Part shown: piece after piece, positions 25,901 to 44,929 of the stretch
How positions within the stretch are numbered: the first letter of the stretch is position 1
How the letters are laid out: each line of letters begins with the position of its first letter
Assembly: GCA_000708835.1 (NCBI GenBank)
Contig: DF237476.1
Span: 1 to 64,000 of the forward strand
Length of the DNA stretch: 64,000 nucleotides
Direction: 5' to 3'
Origin: Klebsormidium nitens
Lineage: Eukaryota; Plantae; Klebsormidiophyceae
The notes under the pieces: model-generated
The model's database searches: none
Told to the model about the DNA's origin: nothing
Seen by the model: only the letters and a program-made list of their open reading frames with translations
Made by a program: the position numbers and the translations under genes

Positions 25901-28900
25901 ACGTCGGGGGGGACCGCCCCTGCGACCCGCTGCACAAGGCCACTGGACACGCCACGGTTCTGAATCACAGGTGTCAGCCGGATTGCCGCTCCTGAGGTGG
26001 GGGCCANNNNNNNNNNNNNNNNNNNNNNNNNNNNNNNNNNNNNNNNNNNNNNNNNNNNNNNNNNNNNNNNNNNNNNNNNNNNNNNNNNNNNNNNNNNNNN
26101 NNNNNNNNNNNNNNNNNNNNNNNNNNNNNNNNNNNNNNNNNNNNNNNNNNNNNNNNNNNNNNNNNNNNNNNNNNNNNNNNNNNNNNNNNNNNNNNNNNNN
26201 NNNNNNNNNNNNNNNNNNNNNNNNNNNNNNNNNNNNNNNNNNNNNNNNNNNNNNNNNNNNNNNNNNNNNNNNNNNNNNNNNNNNNNNNNNNNNNNNNNNN
26301 NNNNNNNNNNNNNNNNNNNNNNNNNNNNNNNNNNNNNNNNNNNNNNNNNNNNNNNNNNNNNNNNNNNNNNNNNNNNNNNNNNNNNNNNNNNNNNNNNNNN
26401 NNNNNNNNNNNNNNNNNNNNNNNNNNNNNNNNNNNNNNNNNNNNNNNNNNNNNNNNNNNNNNNNNNNNNNNNNNNNNNNNNNNNNNNNNNNNNNNNNNNN
26501 NNNNNNNNNNNNNNNNNNNNNNNNNNNNNNNNNNNNNNNNNNNNNNNNNNNNNNNNNNNNNNNNNNNNNNNNNNNNNNNNNNNNNNNNNNNNNNNNNNNN
26601 NNNNNNNNNNNNNNNNNNNNNNNNNNNNNNNNNNNNNNNNNNNNNNNNNNNNNNNNNNNNNNNNNNNNNNNNNNNNNNNNNNNNNNNNNNNNNNNNNNNN
26701 NNNNNNNNNNNNNNNNNNNNNNNNNNNNNNNNNNNNNNNNNNNNNNNNNNNNNNNNNNNNNNNNNNNNNNNNNNNNNNNNNNNNNNNNNNNNNNNNNNNN
26801 NNNNNNNNNCTGAGGTGGGGGCCACGCCTAGTTCCAGCGCGTGCTGCACGGGGGGAAACCCCGCCCACGGCTCCTCTCCTGCGGACCCCGCTCGTGCTTC
26901 GTCCCCGGGGCCCCCGTTCAGGTCAGGCAGGGGGATCATCCTTGGTGGCTCCGTCCGCTGCGATTGCACCCCATTCGGCTGAGGCACGTCCCTGCCGGTC
27001 CCCAACTCCGGTTGCAACGGCGGCCCCAGGGAAAAGTTGTCCAGGCCCCCCTCCCCCGCACTGACCTGCGGACTCCCCCCGCTAGCGCGCTTCCCGCGCC
27101 GCGGGGAGACTGCGGGGGCCTCGCGGGGCGTCCGCGGAGGTGCGGGCGCTTCCGCCAGCTTCCGCAGGCGCTGCTGCTCGGCCTCAGGCAGGTGTGAAAG
27201 ATACTCGTCGCGCAGCTCGCCCTTCTTGGTCTTGAGCATCTGGTCGCGCTTGGGCTGCTTGTCGGTGCGGCGGTACACCATTTCAATGTCCACCACCTGC
27301 CGGATGTGCCCACCCTTCTCGGCAACCCGCTCCGCGTACTTTTCCTGCCGCCTCTCGTTCTGGTCCGCGCTGCCCTGGTTGGCAGACACCTCGATCCCCC
27401 GGGGAAACTCGATGACGTAAAACCGGTATGGAAGCTTTACGGTTGCAATGGGGGTGGGCTTGGGGCTGGGCTTGGTAGGGGACGGGGCCTGAAAAGGCAG
27501 GGGAATAGTGAGCTCAGATTGTTCTTGGTTGAGGCTCTGGTGGTCATGACGTTCTTACGGGGCAGCTCTTCTCAGCGGCAGACTCCAGCACATGTGCATG
27601 CACCATTCTAAATAAGCAGGTCTTCCTGGAAGACCTCAAGCGCTCTAGGGGGTGGTCTAAGTCAAATGACTGTCCTCCAGGAGGGGAGCTCGAGGCTGAC
27701 CTGAGGACTGACTGACTGACTGCTTGATTTCAGGGACTAAAGGCAAACAGCTGCCAATTCAGAAATGGATAGAAGACCATTGGAAGAGTCCCATTCGACC
27801 TGATCTGAAAACCACCTCCACTCCACCCAATAGCATGGCAGCTCTGAAAGCCTCATTAGTACTTCCCAAAAAAGTCCTGGAAAGATAGAAGTCCTGGCTG
27901 AACTGTGACCAGTACAGACTGCATCCGCTACTGGCAAGATGCGCAGGGAGCGTTGCCTTACCAAGTGCAACAACCGGTCTGGAGACCCTGGTCCCTGCTG
28001 CAATTGATTAAGGACACCCGTCTGCAAGAGGCAAGGCCCATTTGTGGCTATCAGTGACCGTCTTGGCCCCCGAAAGGAACAGCACTCTTATTGCCACCAC
28101 AATGACTCTACTCGGAGTGCGGATAACAATAAAAAAGAGTCCGGTTTTTCAAGTGGTGACGCTGTTTCCACATGCATTATGATCTGAAACTAGACCCAAT
28201 ATGCGCCTGACTCTGAAGATGTATACAACCGTCCACTTTGTATTGCAAGTCAAACTTGCCCCCGCAAAGCATTGGTGGCCGATGCTCTTTCAGCGATCCA
28301 AAGTATGTCAACACCCCACCCTGCTCAATGCAAAACTTGCTGAAAAGTTGTTACCAAACCACTTGCAAAGAATGGCTTTGAATGCATGTGCCATCAAAGT
28401 ATCAAGATTGCTTCGGAGCAGCTTATGGCAACATTTGCAAAGACCACCTAATCAATTCAAAAAGTTGGCTGCAGGTTCTCTCTGAATGCTGCTGCTGATG
28501 CTCCACCCAATGCCATTTGAGAAACTACTTACGACCTCTCACAACCCCCCCTGCAGCTACTCGTTTGGGGGACTGCTCAAAGGCAGCACCTGACACCCAT
28601 CACAAGGTCGCGCGAGCTCAACAATCAACCCTCAGCTCACGAAAAGGTCCAAGATGTGCATCAAAGGTTGATGCATTGAACTGAATTTGAAAAGAAGCAA
28701 TGGCTGAGCACCTGAGCCGTCCTAGACCACTCACGTGCAAGAACGAGCCTGGGCTTCCATTCTCCTCGCTCCCCGCATTTGCACCCCGCTCGGCCAAGGC
28801 CACCGCCCCATCCCCCTCCGCAACACCGCTTATCAGGTCCTCATCCTCCCCACAATTGCCGCCCGCCTCCCTCTCTGAAACAGGGGTCGCCCGCCCCTCA

Positions 28901-29079
28901 TCCCCGCTTGCAACCGCGGCCGGCTCTGGCGCTAGCATCTGGAGGCCATTCCAGAAGGCCGCCCCCTCCCTATCTGCGAGAAGCCTGCTCACCGTGTGCT
29001 GGTCAAACAAGGGAGCTCCCTGCTTGCATTCATGAATCCGCTCGTCTCTATCAGCAATAATGTCAGAGAACTGGACCAT
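19945..29079 (-). CDS. Enhancer of polycomb-related protein (EPCR1/2-like, EPL1 domain)
   Basis: Supported exons are 19945-21082, 21505-21793, 22202-22402, 22751-22979 and a very large exon 23422-27489 (across the N gap). Probable 5' exons are 27962-28021 and 28735-29079 (their linkage is uncertain). Motifs resemble plant EPCR proteins: WSLVF...WHRFKDLH, KKIPIPGV, LYDADSEDEEWL, LERIVDKLEKA, VYAHWRGRRQKLGKALIRYFQP, WSRYQQLVKEW, KKPPLDAFSLRP. Confidence 0.85.
26007..26809. other. Assembly gap (803 N), probably spurious
   Basis: Both flanks carry the same 15-mer CTGAGGTGGGGGCCA (25992-26006 and 26810-26824). Confidence 0.9.
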
Positions 29080-29249
29080 GGTCTACGATGAGCAGCGGCA
29101 TCGGCAGCAGCAGCATCAATGTCAGCGGGCTCTTTGAGAGCACCGGACAATCAGCCGGCGGCGTTTTCAATCTGCAGCGACGCTTGACGGAGAAGCGTGC
29201 AGAATTTCTATAGCAAGAGCTGACCATACGAAGAAGCCGCCGAGCTGCC

Positions 29250-29900
29250 GCACATGGCTCCTTCAAAAGCTCAGCCAGAAGCGCTACACCTATATCATGA
29301 CTCCTTGCCCGCTATAAAACCGACAACAACTTCCCTTCTGCTAATAGGCCTCCAGGGGAGCTCCTATGATCATTCAACTTCACTTTTCGAATGCGCAGAC
29401 GCCCCTGATTCAACAGCAGTCTCCGCCTTTTCGGAAGTGTTCCAAGAACAGTTGCGGCCGCTGTCCCGAGTCAAACTGTCGAAGATGACAAAATGCACGC
29501 CGTGTCTTTTCGAACGAGGTCCCCCTGTATTTAGGGGTCCGCCTGCAGTGCGGGACCTGGGCCAGATCGCTCCGCCAGGCTCACCGCAACCGACTTCAAC
29601 CGTGCGCTGTCTTTTCCAATCGCAGCCGTTGATAAGAATTGGATTGCTGATTTTTGCTGGCAGACCGTTGGATGAAACAACAAGATCTGTCCGCAGAACT
29701 GCACCTTCCGTACCTGCCGCCGGAAAGTGCACCCTTCCTTTTCACGACGGCCACATATGATGCAGGGTGGCATCTCGATGCGGCTGACGTCAAGTAACGG
29801 CAGGCGCGGACTAGCATGGCGCAGAAAAGCGAAAGCGATCCACAAACTTTCGGGGGCCCTCAACCAACTTGAGGGGTTGGTGAGGGGTTTACTATCCGAC
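29250..29900. promoter_or_regulatory. Putative bidirectional promoter between EPCR (-) and PPOX (+)
   Basis: CpG-containing non-coding interval between divergent genes; positional inference. Confidence 0.35.
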
Positions 29901-30044
29901 GTGGGCTATTTCGGAAGTGCCACGTGGAGTGCTTCCCTCATTCACAAGTCCTGGTGCAGGAGCTTGTGTTTCTGGCATGGTGGCCGCTAGCTCAAAAGAA
30001 GGGGAGTCAGCAGGAGAAGCGTTTGAGGACGCACATTGGCAGCA

Positions 30045-33000
30045 ATGCTGAGCTGCAAGAGCTCCAGGCCACCTCTGAACTGCCCGAAGGTCGTGCCAAG
30101 GCCGTCTGCGGAGGTCTCCACCACTGTTTGTGGGAGCATGCGGCAAGCGGCAGTCCGGCGCCTTTCTGTGCTGGCTGCATCGGTCATCAATAGTCAGATT
30201 GCGTCTGTTTGTGACTCAGGCGTTCGGAGATCACTGCAGAGTTACGCGCAATGTTCTTCTAGCCCAGGAAACAACACTCACAATGCTGTGACTTCTGGTT
30301 CGTTGACTTCTTCTTGCAGTGCTCCTTACGAATTTCAGCATCTCGCATCTTTTGGAACAAGTAGTTTACACAGAGATCTTGCCAGGGGATCACGTGCGCA
30401 GTTCAGCACACAAGCGGTGTCAACCTCGGAAAAGGGCGCCAACATGGCTTTCCAGGCGGCCTCAGAACCAGACATCTCGTACCTGACCCAAAAGGAAGCG
30501 GCGGCGATTGATGAGGAGCTGATGGGGCCCTTGGGGTTCTCCGTTGACCAACTGATGGTACGCCAGAGCAAATACATAGAAACAATGCATGAGGCGCCTT
30601 TCATTTGAAAGCAGGCTACCACTACCAATGATCACCACTCAGGACTTCTTTTGATTGTTGAAGCTCCTGACGTTCGGGCTTTGCTCTCAACATGATTCAT
30701 TAAAAGAAGTCACCATAACATTGTCCCGTTCTATGTATGTATAAGGACCAGAAGGTTGTCTGTTTGAGTTGAAATAGGACCTGATGCCCAGTTCAATTGT
30801 TCCCCCTCTTCACATGCCACCTCAGAACAAGTGCCATTCGCACCACCCTTTCCAGGAACTAGCGGGCTTGAGTGTCGCGTGCGCCATCTACGAGGTTTAC
30901 CGTCCATCTGAGTACCGGCGCGTGCTGGTGATTTGCGGGCCAGGAAACAATGGCGGAGACGGTTTTGTGTGTGCTCGGCACCTGCACCACTTTGGCTATG
31001 CGCCGACCATCTGCTATCCAAAGCGTACGGATAAGCCGCTCTACAAAGGCTTGGTGACACAGGTGAATATGCATTTCAACTCCCTCTTTCACTGATGAAA
31101 CCTGTTGAATTCTCGTAGCTTTTAGTCTCAAGCAACAGCTGAGCCAAGGCTTTTCAGATGTCCTCGAATTGGAGATCACACATATCTGAACCTCGGAGTT
31201 TTGAGGTAGCAACGGAATTGGGGTCGACTGTGAGTGCCTGCTTACAGTCTGTCATAATCTGGACATTTTGATGCATACGAATATTAAAAATTACCATGCG
31301 TTCAGTACTAAACTGAAAAGTCAGGTCGCCATTGCCCCTCCGACTGGGCAGCTTATCCTCAATTCCTAAACTCGTTCTCTTGCAGCTAGAGGCGCTGCAC
31401 GCGCCTTTCGTCGACCCCGAGAGCCTCTCGTTGCCTCTGACCGACCACTACGACGTCATAGTGGACGCCATGTTCGGCTTTTCCTTCAAGGGGATCCCCC
31501 GGCCGCCTTTCGACAAGATTGTGAAGATGCTCTCGGTGGGCCCGGACACAAACCCCGCTGAGACCGGCGTTCCTCCGACTGTCTCGATAGACATTCCCTC
31601 GGGGTGGGATGTCGAGAAAGGGGATGTAGAGACCACGGGGTTCCATCCTCCGATGCTGGTGGGTTGCTGAGAACTGTCTCTGAAGAAGTTGATGTAGCGG
31701 TTGCGTTTGGAAATACTTCAACTTCCTGGACGCCGATAGGAGGTGCCTGAATCCTCCCACAAGCAGCATATCCAGTCACGTTGCACTTGTGATTATGCGA
31801 ATGACGGTTACAGTGGTGGCTGTGCTCAGGACAGGGATGAGGAGGTGTATGCTAAAGTCCGATTCAATTTCTTTCTTTTTCAATTGACACAATCCATCTG
31901 GAATCCAGCTCTGCGTGATTCACTGCAGATTACATGAGTCGCAGGTGTCGGCTCACATTCACATCCGACTTATAAGGATCAGATTGAGAACGAGCCTCAG
32001 GATGAAACTTTGATGAGACTTTGATTCTCATAAGACGAGGAGAATGCAGTCATCCACATCAAGCCCTCATCTTCCCAGGTTTCGCTCACTGCCCCCAAGC
32101 TGGCCGCCAAGTTCTTCCACGGCCCCCACCACTTCCTGGGTGGTCGGTTCGTCCCCCCGGCCATCGTCGAAAAGTTTCACCTCAGGCTGCCCCCCTTCCC
32201 TGGGACGTCTCAGTGCGTGCGTATTGGCCCGGCCGTCCTCGACGTGGCCGCAATGCGGCTTAGCTATGAGGCGGGGGCGCTAGACGAGGAAGATGCGGCA
32301 AAGGATCCCGTCGAGCAGGTGGTGCAACGAGCTCTGAAGAACGGCTGATGCAATGCCACTGGCTTAGACGCCCTAAGTAGTCTGCGATTTGCTGCTTAAC
32401 AGAAGCAAACAACATGGAAGGATGAGTGTTGAACGATTGGGCTTCCTTCGGAAGTTGGCATTTCCGGTGCGTTTTGAGACGTGGGGGAACTTCGACTCTG
32501 GGGAGCTTCTTACTCCCCTATAATGGTGCTAGGACGAAAGGCTCGGAAAGCTTTCGATGTTTGCCAATGTTAATTCGACCTCGGGTCTCGTTTACTCTCG
32601 TGCCCATCGTTGTTATTTCTGTCACAGAATCACGTTTTGTAGCAGTATCACCGCTTCGATTCACGAGTCTCCAACTGCCGAGGTTGAAGGCACCTTGGCT
32701 GGTTATAATCACTAGACTTCTTGCCCTTTCAACCATTATGAAGGGAGGCTCGTATGTCACGGCAGAATGGCTCCTGAAGTCTTCCCTCTTGCTCCGAATA
32801 GAAGCCGAAGCGTGATGTCAAGTGGAGTCCGATGAGCCGGGTCGTTTTTTCAAAAACTGTGGGAAACCCTGCAATTGATTCTGCGCACAGAGGCCTGACG
32901 TTCCCCTACCGTGCACCGCAGTTCTCGCGGTGGTTCAACGACGCGGTTGCGGCCAACATCCACGAGCCCAACGGGATGTCGCTCGCGACCGTGAGCGCGG

Positions 33001-34378
33001 ACGGGCGCCCCAGCAACCGGTTCGTTCTGCTCAAGGGTTACGACGCGGACGGGTTCAAATGGTACACTAACTACGGGAGCAGGAAGGGGAGTGACCTCAG
33101 CGAGACGGGGCGCGCCGCGCTCGCCTTCTGGTGGCCGGGGTTGGAGAGGCAGGTGAGGAACCGGTTGAGAGAGGCCCGGTGTGAAAAGGTGTTTGGGATG
33201 TTGAACACGTTTTGGGGCGTTGTCCGGCTTTGGCACTTGTTGCCGACTGCTGCTGTATGGTTGAACCAGCGTTGTTGGGGCATTGTCTAGGTGAAAGGTC
33301 CGAACGATCGAGTGCCCTCCTTCAACGAAGGCTCCAGATGCGTCGGCTATTTTCGGGTGTGATGGAGACCAGCAGATGTAACGGATGTGTAATTGTCTGG
33401 CAGGTTCGGATCGAGGGCGACGTTGAGAAGCTGCCGTCGGAGGAGTCGGACGCCTACTTCCACAGCCGGCCCAAGGGGAGCCAGATCGGCGCTGCAGCAA
33501 GCCCGCAGGTGAGGAGAACTTCCTGCACACTAACCAGTCGCTTCGCGAAACGTGGAGTGACGGATGTGCTTATAGAACATTAGACTCCAAACATTCTCTG
33601 ATAGAATCTCCGTAGTGGCAGCTAACTTCGTTCAGCGGCAACTGTCGAAAATGGTCTGCCTAATCATCGCTTGGCTTCGCTACATTCGAGCCAACGCCAT
33701 GTCTGCACACCCCCTCTGCATTGGTTGCCTCTTATCGGTAAGGCGTTGTCAGCCGCCGCGGCGTGCTAAAAGCCTTTCATTAGGGGGCATTGTTGAGTCC
33801 GGAAGGTTTCATTTTCGTGCTTTTCAAGGCAACCTTTCGCCGCCTGTAAGCGTTGTTCACCTTTTCCACGTCCGCTGGCGTGCCCAGAGCTCGGTGGTCC
33901 CCAGCCGGTCGACCTTGGAGGACATGTACAAGCAACTAGAGGCGGAGTACCAAGATAAGGAGCTGCCCCGGCCGGAAACCTGGGGCGGATTCCGGTTGCG
34001 GCCCCAGCGGATCGAGTTCTGGCAGGGGCGGCCCAGCCGGCTGCACGACAGGTGCGGTTCTCGGGCGTCCTGAATCTACTATTGCTTCACCGTTCATGTT
34101 GTCTTGGGCATTTCTCTTCATTTTGTCCAATCTTGAACCCAATACTAATGGCTCCTGGTGAAACTTCATCCGTGTGCAGACATTCCTGGTTGTCTCAATT
34201 CTGTTTCACAGGTTGTTGCTCACGGAATGGGTCAGCGTTTGCGAGCTTGAGTAACCTCGTGAGCTTTTCTATTGCCCGTGCACGCAGAGGCTGAAGCATG
34301 TGATACTTTCCCTTTGAACGCAGGCTAGTGTACACGCAATCCGATGGCGAGTGGAAGATCGAACGTTTGGCACCATAG
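30045..34378 (+). CDS. PDX3: NAD(P)HX epimerase (YjeF_N) / pyridoxine-pyridoxamine 5'-phosphate oxidase fusion, 8 exons
   Basis: Exons 30045-30557, 30856-31062, 31386-31658, 32079-32318, 32922-33152, 33404-33508, 33888-34051 and 34324-34378 splice in frame. YjeF motifs: [44 protein letters not shown] motifs: [55 protein letters not shown]. The start codon is uncertain. Confidence 0.95.
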
Positions 34379-34449
34379 GGCTTATTTGCGCTTATAGGAG
34401 TGTGCCGGTCACGTGCGAGCATGACGGTATTTCGCTGAGGGTCAGTATT

Positions 34450-35300
34450 GACAGTCATCAAGGGAGAAAACATCATGTGTTGAACAGGACGCCATCAATA
34501 TTTCTGAGCATAGTCGTCCTGTCCGTTTACAAAACATGGTCCGACATGGTCATCGGAAAACTCATGCTGAGCTGGGCCGCATGGTGTTCGCATGGTAAAT
34601 TCAGTGCGGGTGGAGCAGCTCGTGCCAGCTTGGCCCGGCCGAAGCTGCATCTAGCTGCCGGGCCGGGCATCAATTGCAGGCATCGAGCTCATAGAATGGA
34701 CTGATGTGAAGCTCAGACTCACACATGTGATCATGTGCACAATCCCTGGCATGCATATACCTTTATCATTTGGATGATTGCATATATATGCCATGCTGGC
34801 CTTAATTTGCGCAACCCGCCGCCGGCCTCAATAGTCGCGCCGCCATATAGACCCAAGCCATAGATTGCATTCCATGACTAGAGCTCGAGGCGCGCAAAGG
34901 CATCGATGAGTACAGGATTGGATGGTAAGCTCTACACCCGAGCGCAACTGAGTCAGTATTGGACTTCTATATCCGATAGAAAAATTGATTTCCGAGTGCA
35001 TGCCATGGCCTGGACCGTCGACAGTGGCGGGCCCGGGGTGCAATTGTAACTGGCAATCTGCCAGGCGTACCGTACGTGCGCCAACGTGCTGCGATAATGT
35101 AAGGGCCCGCAATCAACCACCTCACCTGTGCTTGCAAGTATACACTACGTAAAGTCTAATGGAGCTTTTATTGAGTCCTATCTGTAAAAAGCAAAGCTTC
35201 TCATTCACTTGTATCAGTGTCGAAGGATATGAAACGATGCCGGCCGGGCCGCTGCGGTGCTCAGCTTGCATATAGTATACCCTTGCTGCTGATTCATTGA
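34450..35300. other. Palindrome-rich spacer between convergent PPOX and GH31 genes
   Basis: GCATATATATGC at 34780-34791, CACATGTG, GGCATGCAT, GGCCCGGCC and many CATG words; non-coding. Confidence 0.55.
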
Positions 35301-35395
35301 CAGTCGCCTGGGTTTCCCTCTGCTATCGCACTATGCACTGACTTTCATCACACTCTCCTAACAACAGAGCGGATCATAATCGAGAAAATCAACCT

Positions 35396-41288
<5,893 letters not shown>

Positions 41289-41560
41289 TTTCTTACGAAT
41301 GTTGCTTGACCAGAAGGACCACCTAGCTGGCGCTACGAAGTGCAAAGATCTTTTAGAATTTTGCTCTACAAGGTGTTTTCCATATGCGCCCTGGGCCCGC
41401 TAGCTGATGTTGATCAACACTGCAGCAGGTGTTGGTTGCACAGCTTAGGGTTTGTGAACCCTAGTTTCATCTTCCGGCCCAGATTCTCCGATTCGTGGGT
41501 GTGAATGAGCGCCCTGCGGGGAGGCCGGCCGCCGGGGGAGCTAGATTCAGGCACATGCAA
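41289..41560. promoter_or_regulatory. Very compact putative bidirectional promoter between GH31 (-) and the CHI-fold gene (+)
   Basis: Only about 450 bp separate the GH31 ATG from the first supported CHI-fold exon; a GC-rich GGCCGGCCGCCGGGG element lies at about 41523. Confidence 0.4.
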
Positions 41561-41739
41561 TGTGCATGTGCATGGAATCTCTGGTCCCTTCCGCAAGGTT
41601 TTGCTGCCCACATCAGAATTGCGCATGCCCATTGCGGCATGATTGCCCACTCAAGTTCAGCGAGAGCACATCCCTGTGAGCCCTGCTGATCCGCTGTCGA
41701 TCAGTTTGATTCAGCTCACGGGCAAGCAATAGCTTGCAG

Positions 41740-44670
41740 AGGAATGCTCCTCAAGGCGGATGCGAACCATACCATTGTGTGAGAAGGGTGGGCGACGGAA
41801 GGTCGTCGATGGAGGGCAGATGGAGTGACATTGCACGCTCACGCTACGCACCTGGAGCGGCTGACAACTGGGCTCTCAGGCCAAGTCACTACTGGAAAGA
41901 GGCCATGTCAATTCCCTGGGTAGCAAAGCATACGCTTCTGATCGCACGCTTGGTTGCAGTGCAAACTCATCATCCTCACCAGCCCCATCAAAACTTCCAG
42001 CAGAATGCCACTCGCGAGGTTCGCAATCATGGTCATGGCCCATTTCAAGCACTTGCTGTTCAGGCGGCTGAGGCTGCTGCTGGCTTTTCAAAGCTTCCTT
42101 GGGCAGAGATGAGCAGTGTCAAGAAAGGGGTGTCAGCGGCCCTGGCATGTCTGGCAGTGGTTGTTCCGATGGGAGATCTGAGGTAAGGCAGACAGCTTCC
42201 AGAACATTTACTAGATCCGCAGATCTCTGCGATATGTGTATCGTCCAGTCTTGCAGCACATCAGACCGAGGCTACATTACAGTGCAATCTGTACTACTCC
42301 CTGCAATTGCAACCCATTGAAATGTATCTTCTGCTGTCAATTATTGCTGTGAACAACGGTGTTGAAAAGGCAGCTTTGAAGGCTGAACTCAGTCATGCCC
42401 TTTTGTTCTGTAGCAGTATATCTCATTAGCTTTGGGTCTCTGAGGGAATTGTTTTTCTATTTATGTGCAGGGTTTTGGAAAGTGACGTCCAGGAGGCTCT
42501 CAGTTGTCTCGCCTCAGAAAAGGGCCTGACAGCTACGGCAGAGGGAAAAGTGGTCGAGCCAATGACAAAGCTTGAGTTTGAGTCTGTTATTTGCGATGGG
42601 AGTGGTGCCGACTGCAAGGTGAGTTTTCAGTGGTCACTCCTCATACGTGCGATCAGGTTCTCCTGCTATATTCCAGCCGGTCATTGCAAGTCCGCTTGAA
42701 TCTTTCTTAGGGTGTTGAACTCTTCTGTTCCAACTCCTATGACGGGGTGTAAGTATCTAACAGATTCCTTGTTTTTGCAGATATTGCTTGGAGTCGGCCA
42801 TCGCAGCAAGAGTCTCCTGAGGATGAAGAACCTGAGGATATATGCATTTGGCTTATGTAAGTCAGCTGATCCTTGATGATGACCTGCTTCTGAAAATGAT
42901 GATCTTCTGATCAGCAGAGGCGTGTGCTTAATCTGATGGAAAACCGTAGCTTGAGATTGATCCTCTCCCAGCCTTATAGATAGCCTTTATTAAATTGGCC
43001 ACACTTCTGAAGCCTGCTTCGAAGCCGGAACCTGGACCTGTTGCTGTTTCGATGAAAATAACCTTAGTAAGATTTCAAGTTTGATTTCACTCGTGCTCTT
43101 TCGTCGTTCGTCAACTTGGGACATAGATTGTCAAGTGTATCTGACATGCCGGTCTGCCCATGCAGATGCTGACCCAAACCTGATCCGCTCTCAATTTGGT
43201 TCCAAGTATAAGGGAGTATCTCCAGAGGACTTGAGGAACAACCCGCAATTCTACCAAGATGTGTTGACGTAAGTCCTGCATCTTCGGGACCTTCGCAACT
43301 CAAGAAGCCTTCTGTCCATCTTCAGATATTTGATTTTCTGCTTTCTGTTTTCACTGTTCCTGACAATCTTGATGTGTCAACCAGGCACTTTGCTACTCCG
43401 TCCAATGCTTGGGTCTGGCTGTGGTCGACCTAGACAGCACTGGGGGATTGGATTGTCAGGATGCGTCCCCTCTCTACTTGAAACCAACGTCTGCAATACT
43501 GTGCCAGAGGCGAAGAGAGTGCGTTGATGTTTCTCTTCCTCCTGTTGTCGCACCTGCAGGCACGAGTGCGATCTGACCGTTCGGTTGATCGTGCACTTCA
43601 AGGGCTTGACCATGGACAAAGTGAAGGAGGCGTTCGAAGGCTCTTTGAAGAGGCGCCTTTTCAAGGTCAGAGCAACCCGTCTGAATACTTGCACGTCATG
43701 ATGAACCAGGCTGAGCCAGACTGGTTTTGTTGCACCACCTCGTCTCTGTCTGTGCAATCGAGAGAGCGCTGATCAGCTCATCTGTTTTTGAGTACTGTTA
43801 GCCTCAAGATTCACCTGCTCCTGGTCTAATGTGATTGTCTTTTGTTGCAGATTACTGGCCGGGAGGATCATGAAGAGTTGGTCAAGTTCTCAAGTTACTT
43901 CAACAAGCCCATGAAAATCAAGAGGGTGAGCTCGTTCTCTTCCTGCAATTGTTAAACAATATTCGTGAAGGCTTTTTTTTTCCTTACGCTGCTCTGTATG
44001 GTTTCCTACAGTTCGATGGTGCTGGAAAGCCGGTGTTGATTGTTTGTTACTCTTATTGATGGTGAGCTGGCTCTCAGCAACTTTGGTCATTCTGATGGAG
44101 TAGACTTTGACATGTCCGTCCACATGCCCGTTCAGGGAACAACGATCGACTTTCGATGGCATCCTGGGGGCAAGCTCTCCACCAGAAGTGAGTCTTGCTT
44201 GCGTCCTTCACGCTCGTTAATATTGTGGCTACAACCTTCATAACGTAAGCGGGATTAGCCGGATCTGCACTGAGGGATCTCTTGGAACCGCTGTGCATCG
44301 TTGGTCTTCGTATCAGAACGAAGACCCGGACGGAATGTCTCTTGATGCACCGCTGTCATTCAGTGCAAGCGTACACAGGAGACGTGTTTTCACCTCCTGT
44401 TGACTGCGCTGGTTCTCAATTGGCTGAACGACAGCTTTGTTCTGCAACAGGTTTCAAATTATGCTACATGCATCCAGAGTCCTCTGATCATTAGGGCTCT
44501 CTTCAACAACCTCTTTTGTGATGCTTGCAGTTGCAGGGAAACAGATTGGCGTCATCGAGAGTGGGGTGTTCTGCAAGGCTTTCTTTGATATGTACGTAGG
44601 AGATCCGCCTGTGCTGCAGTCCGCAAAGGAGGAATTTGGTGCCAATCTAGCTCGAGTTCTGTCTTGTTAA
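41740..44670 (+). CDS. Chalcone-isomerase-fold fatty-acid-binding protein (FAP1-like)
   Basis: Exons ~41740-42182, 42471-42618, 42781-42856, 43166-43268, 43560-43665, 43851-43925, 44136-44187 and 44531-44670 splice in frame. The peptide VVEPMTKLEF...LLGVGHRSKSLLRMKNLRIYAFGLYAD...TVRLIV...AFEGSL...FCKAFFDMYVGDPPV is colinear with plant FAP proteins. The true start exon is unresolved. Confidence 0.85.
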
Positions 44671-44929
44671 CGATGCAAGTTTACTGCCACCAAGGAGCGC
44701 CTTCTGGTAGTACGGTTTACCCTCGAGTACATATTGCAAGAGCGCGGATCTTAAGGAACGACAATGCGAGAGCGCAGGCCGGATCAGATATCACAGAGAT
44801 TTTGGCAAACGGGCAGAGAAGCTCGTCAGGGGCGGCACCGACGCAAGCGTTCCAAGCTGTACATTGAACAATGTTCTGCGCAGCAGAAGTCCATGCATTC
44901 AACCCCACAAGCAACCTATGGTGGGTATC

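Noticed and set aside
23435-25995. Several long plus-strand ORFs (299, 250, 277 aa and others) opposite EPCR
   Set aside because: Antisense shadow frames of a GC-rich exon; low-complexity Ser/Pro/Ala translations with no motifs.
23320-27389. ORFs of 1182, 471, 355 and 326 aa in the track
   Set aside because: Their lengths are inflated by translation through the N gap; the real coding content is the EPCR exon.
30045-34378. Epimerase-oxidase domain fusion as a novelty
   Set aside because: This fusion is the known architecture of plant PDX3/PPOX.
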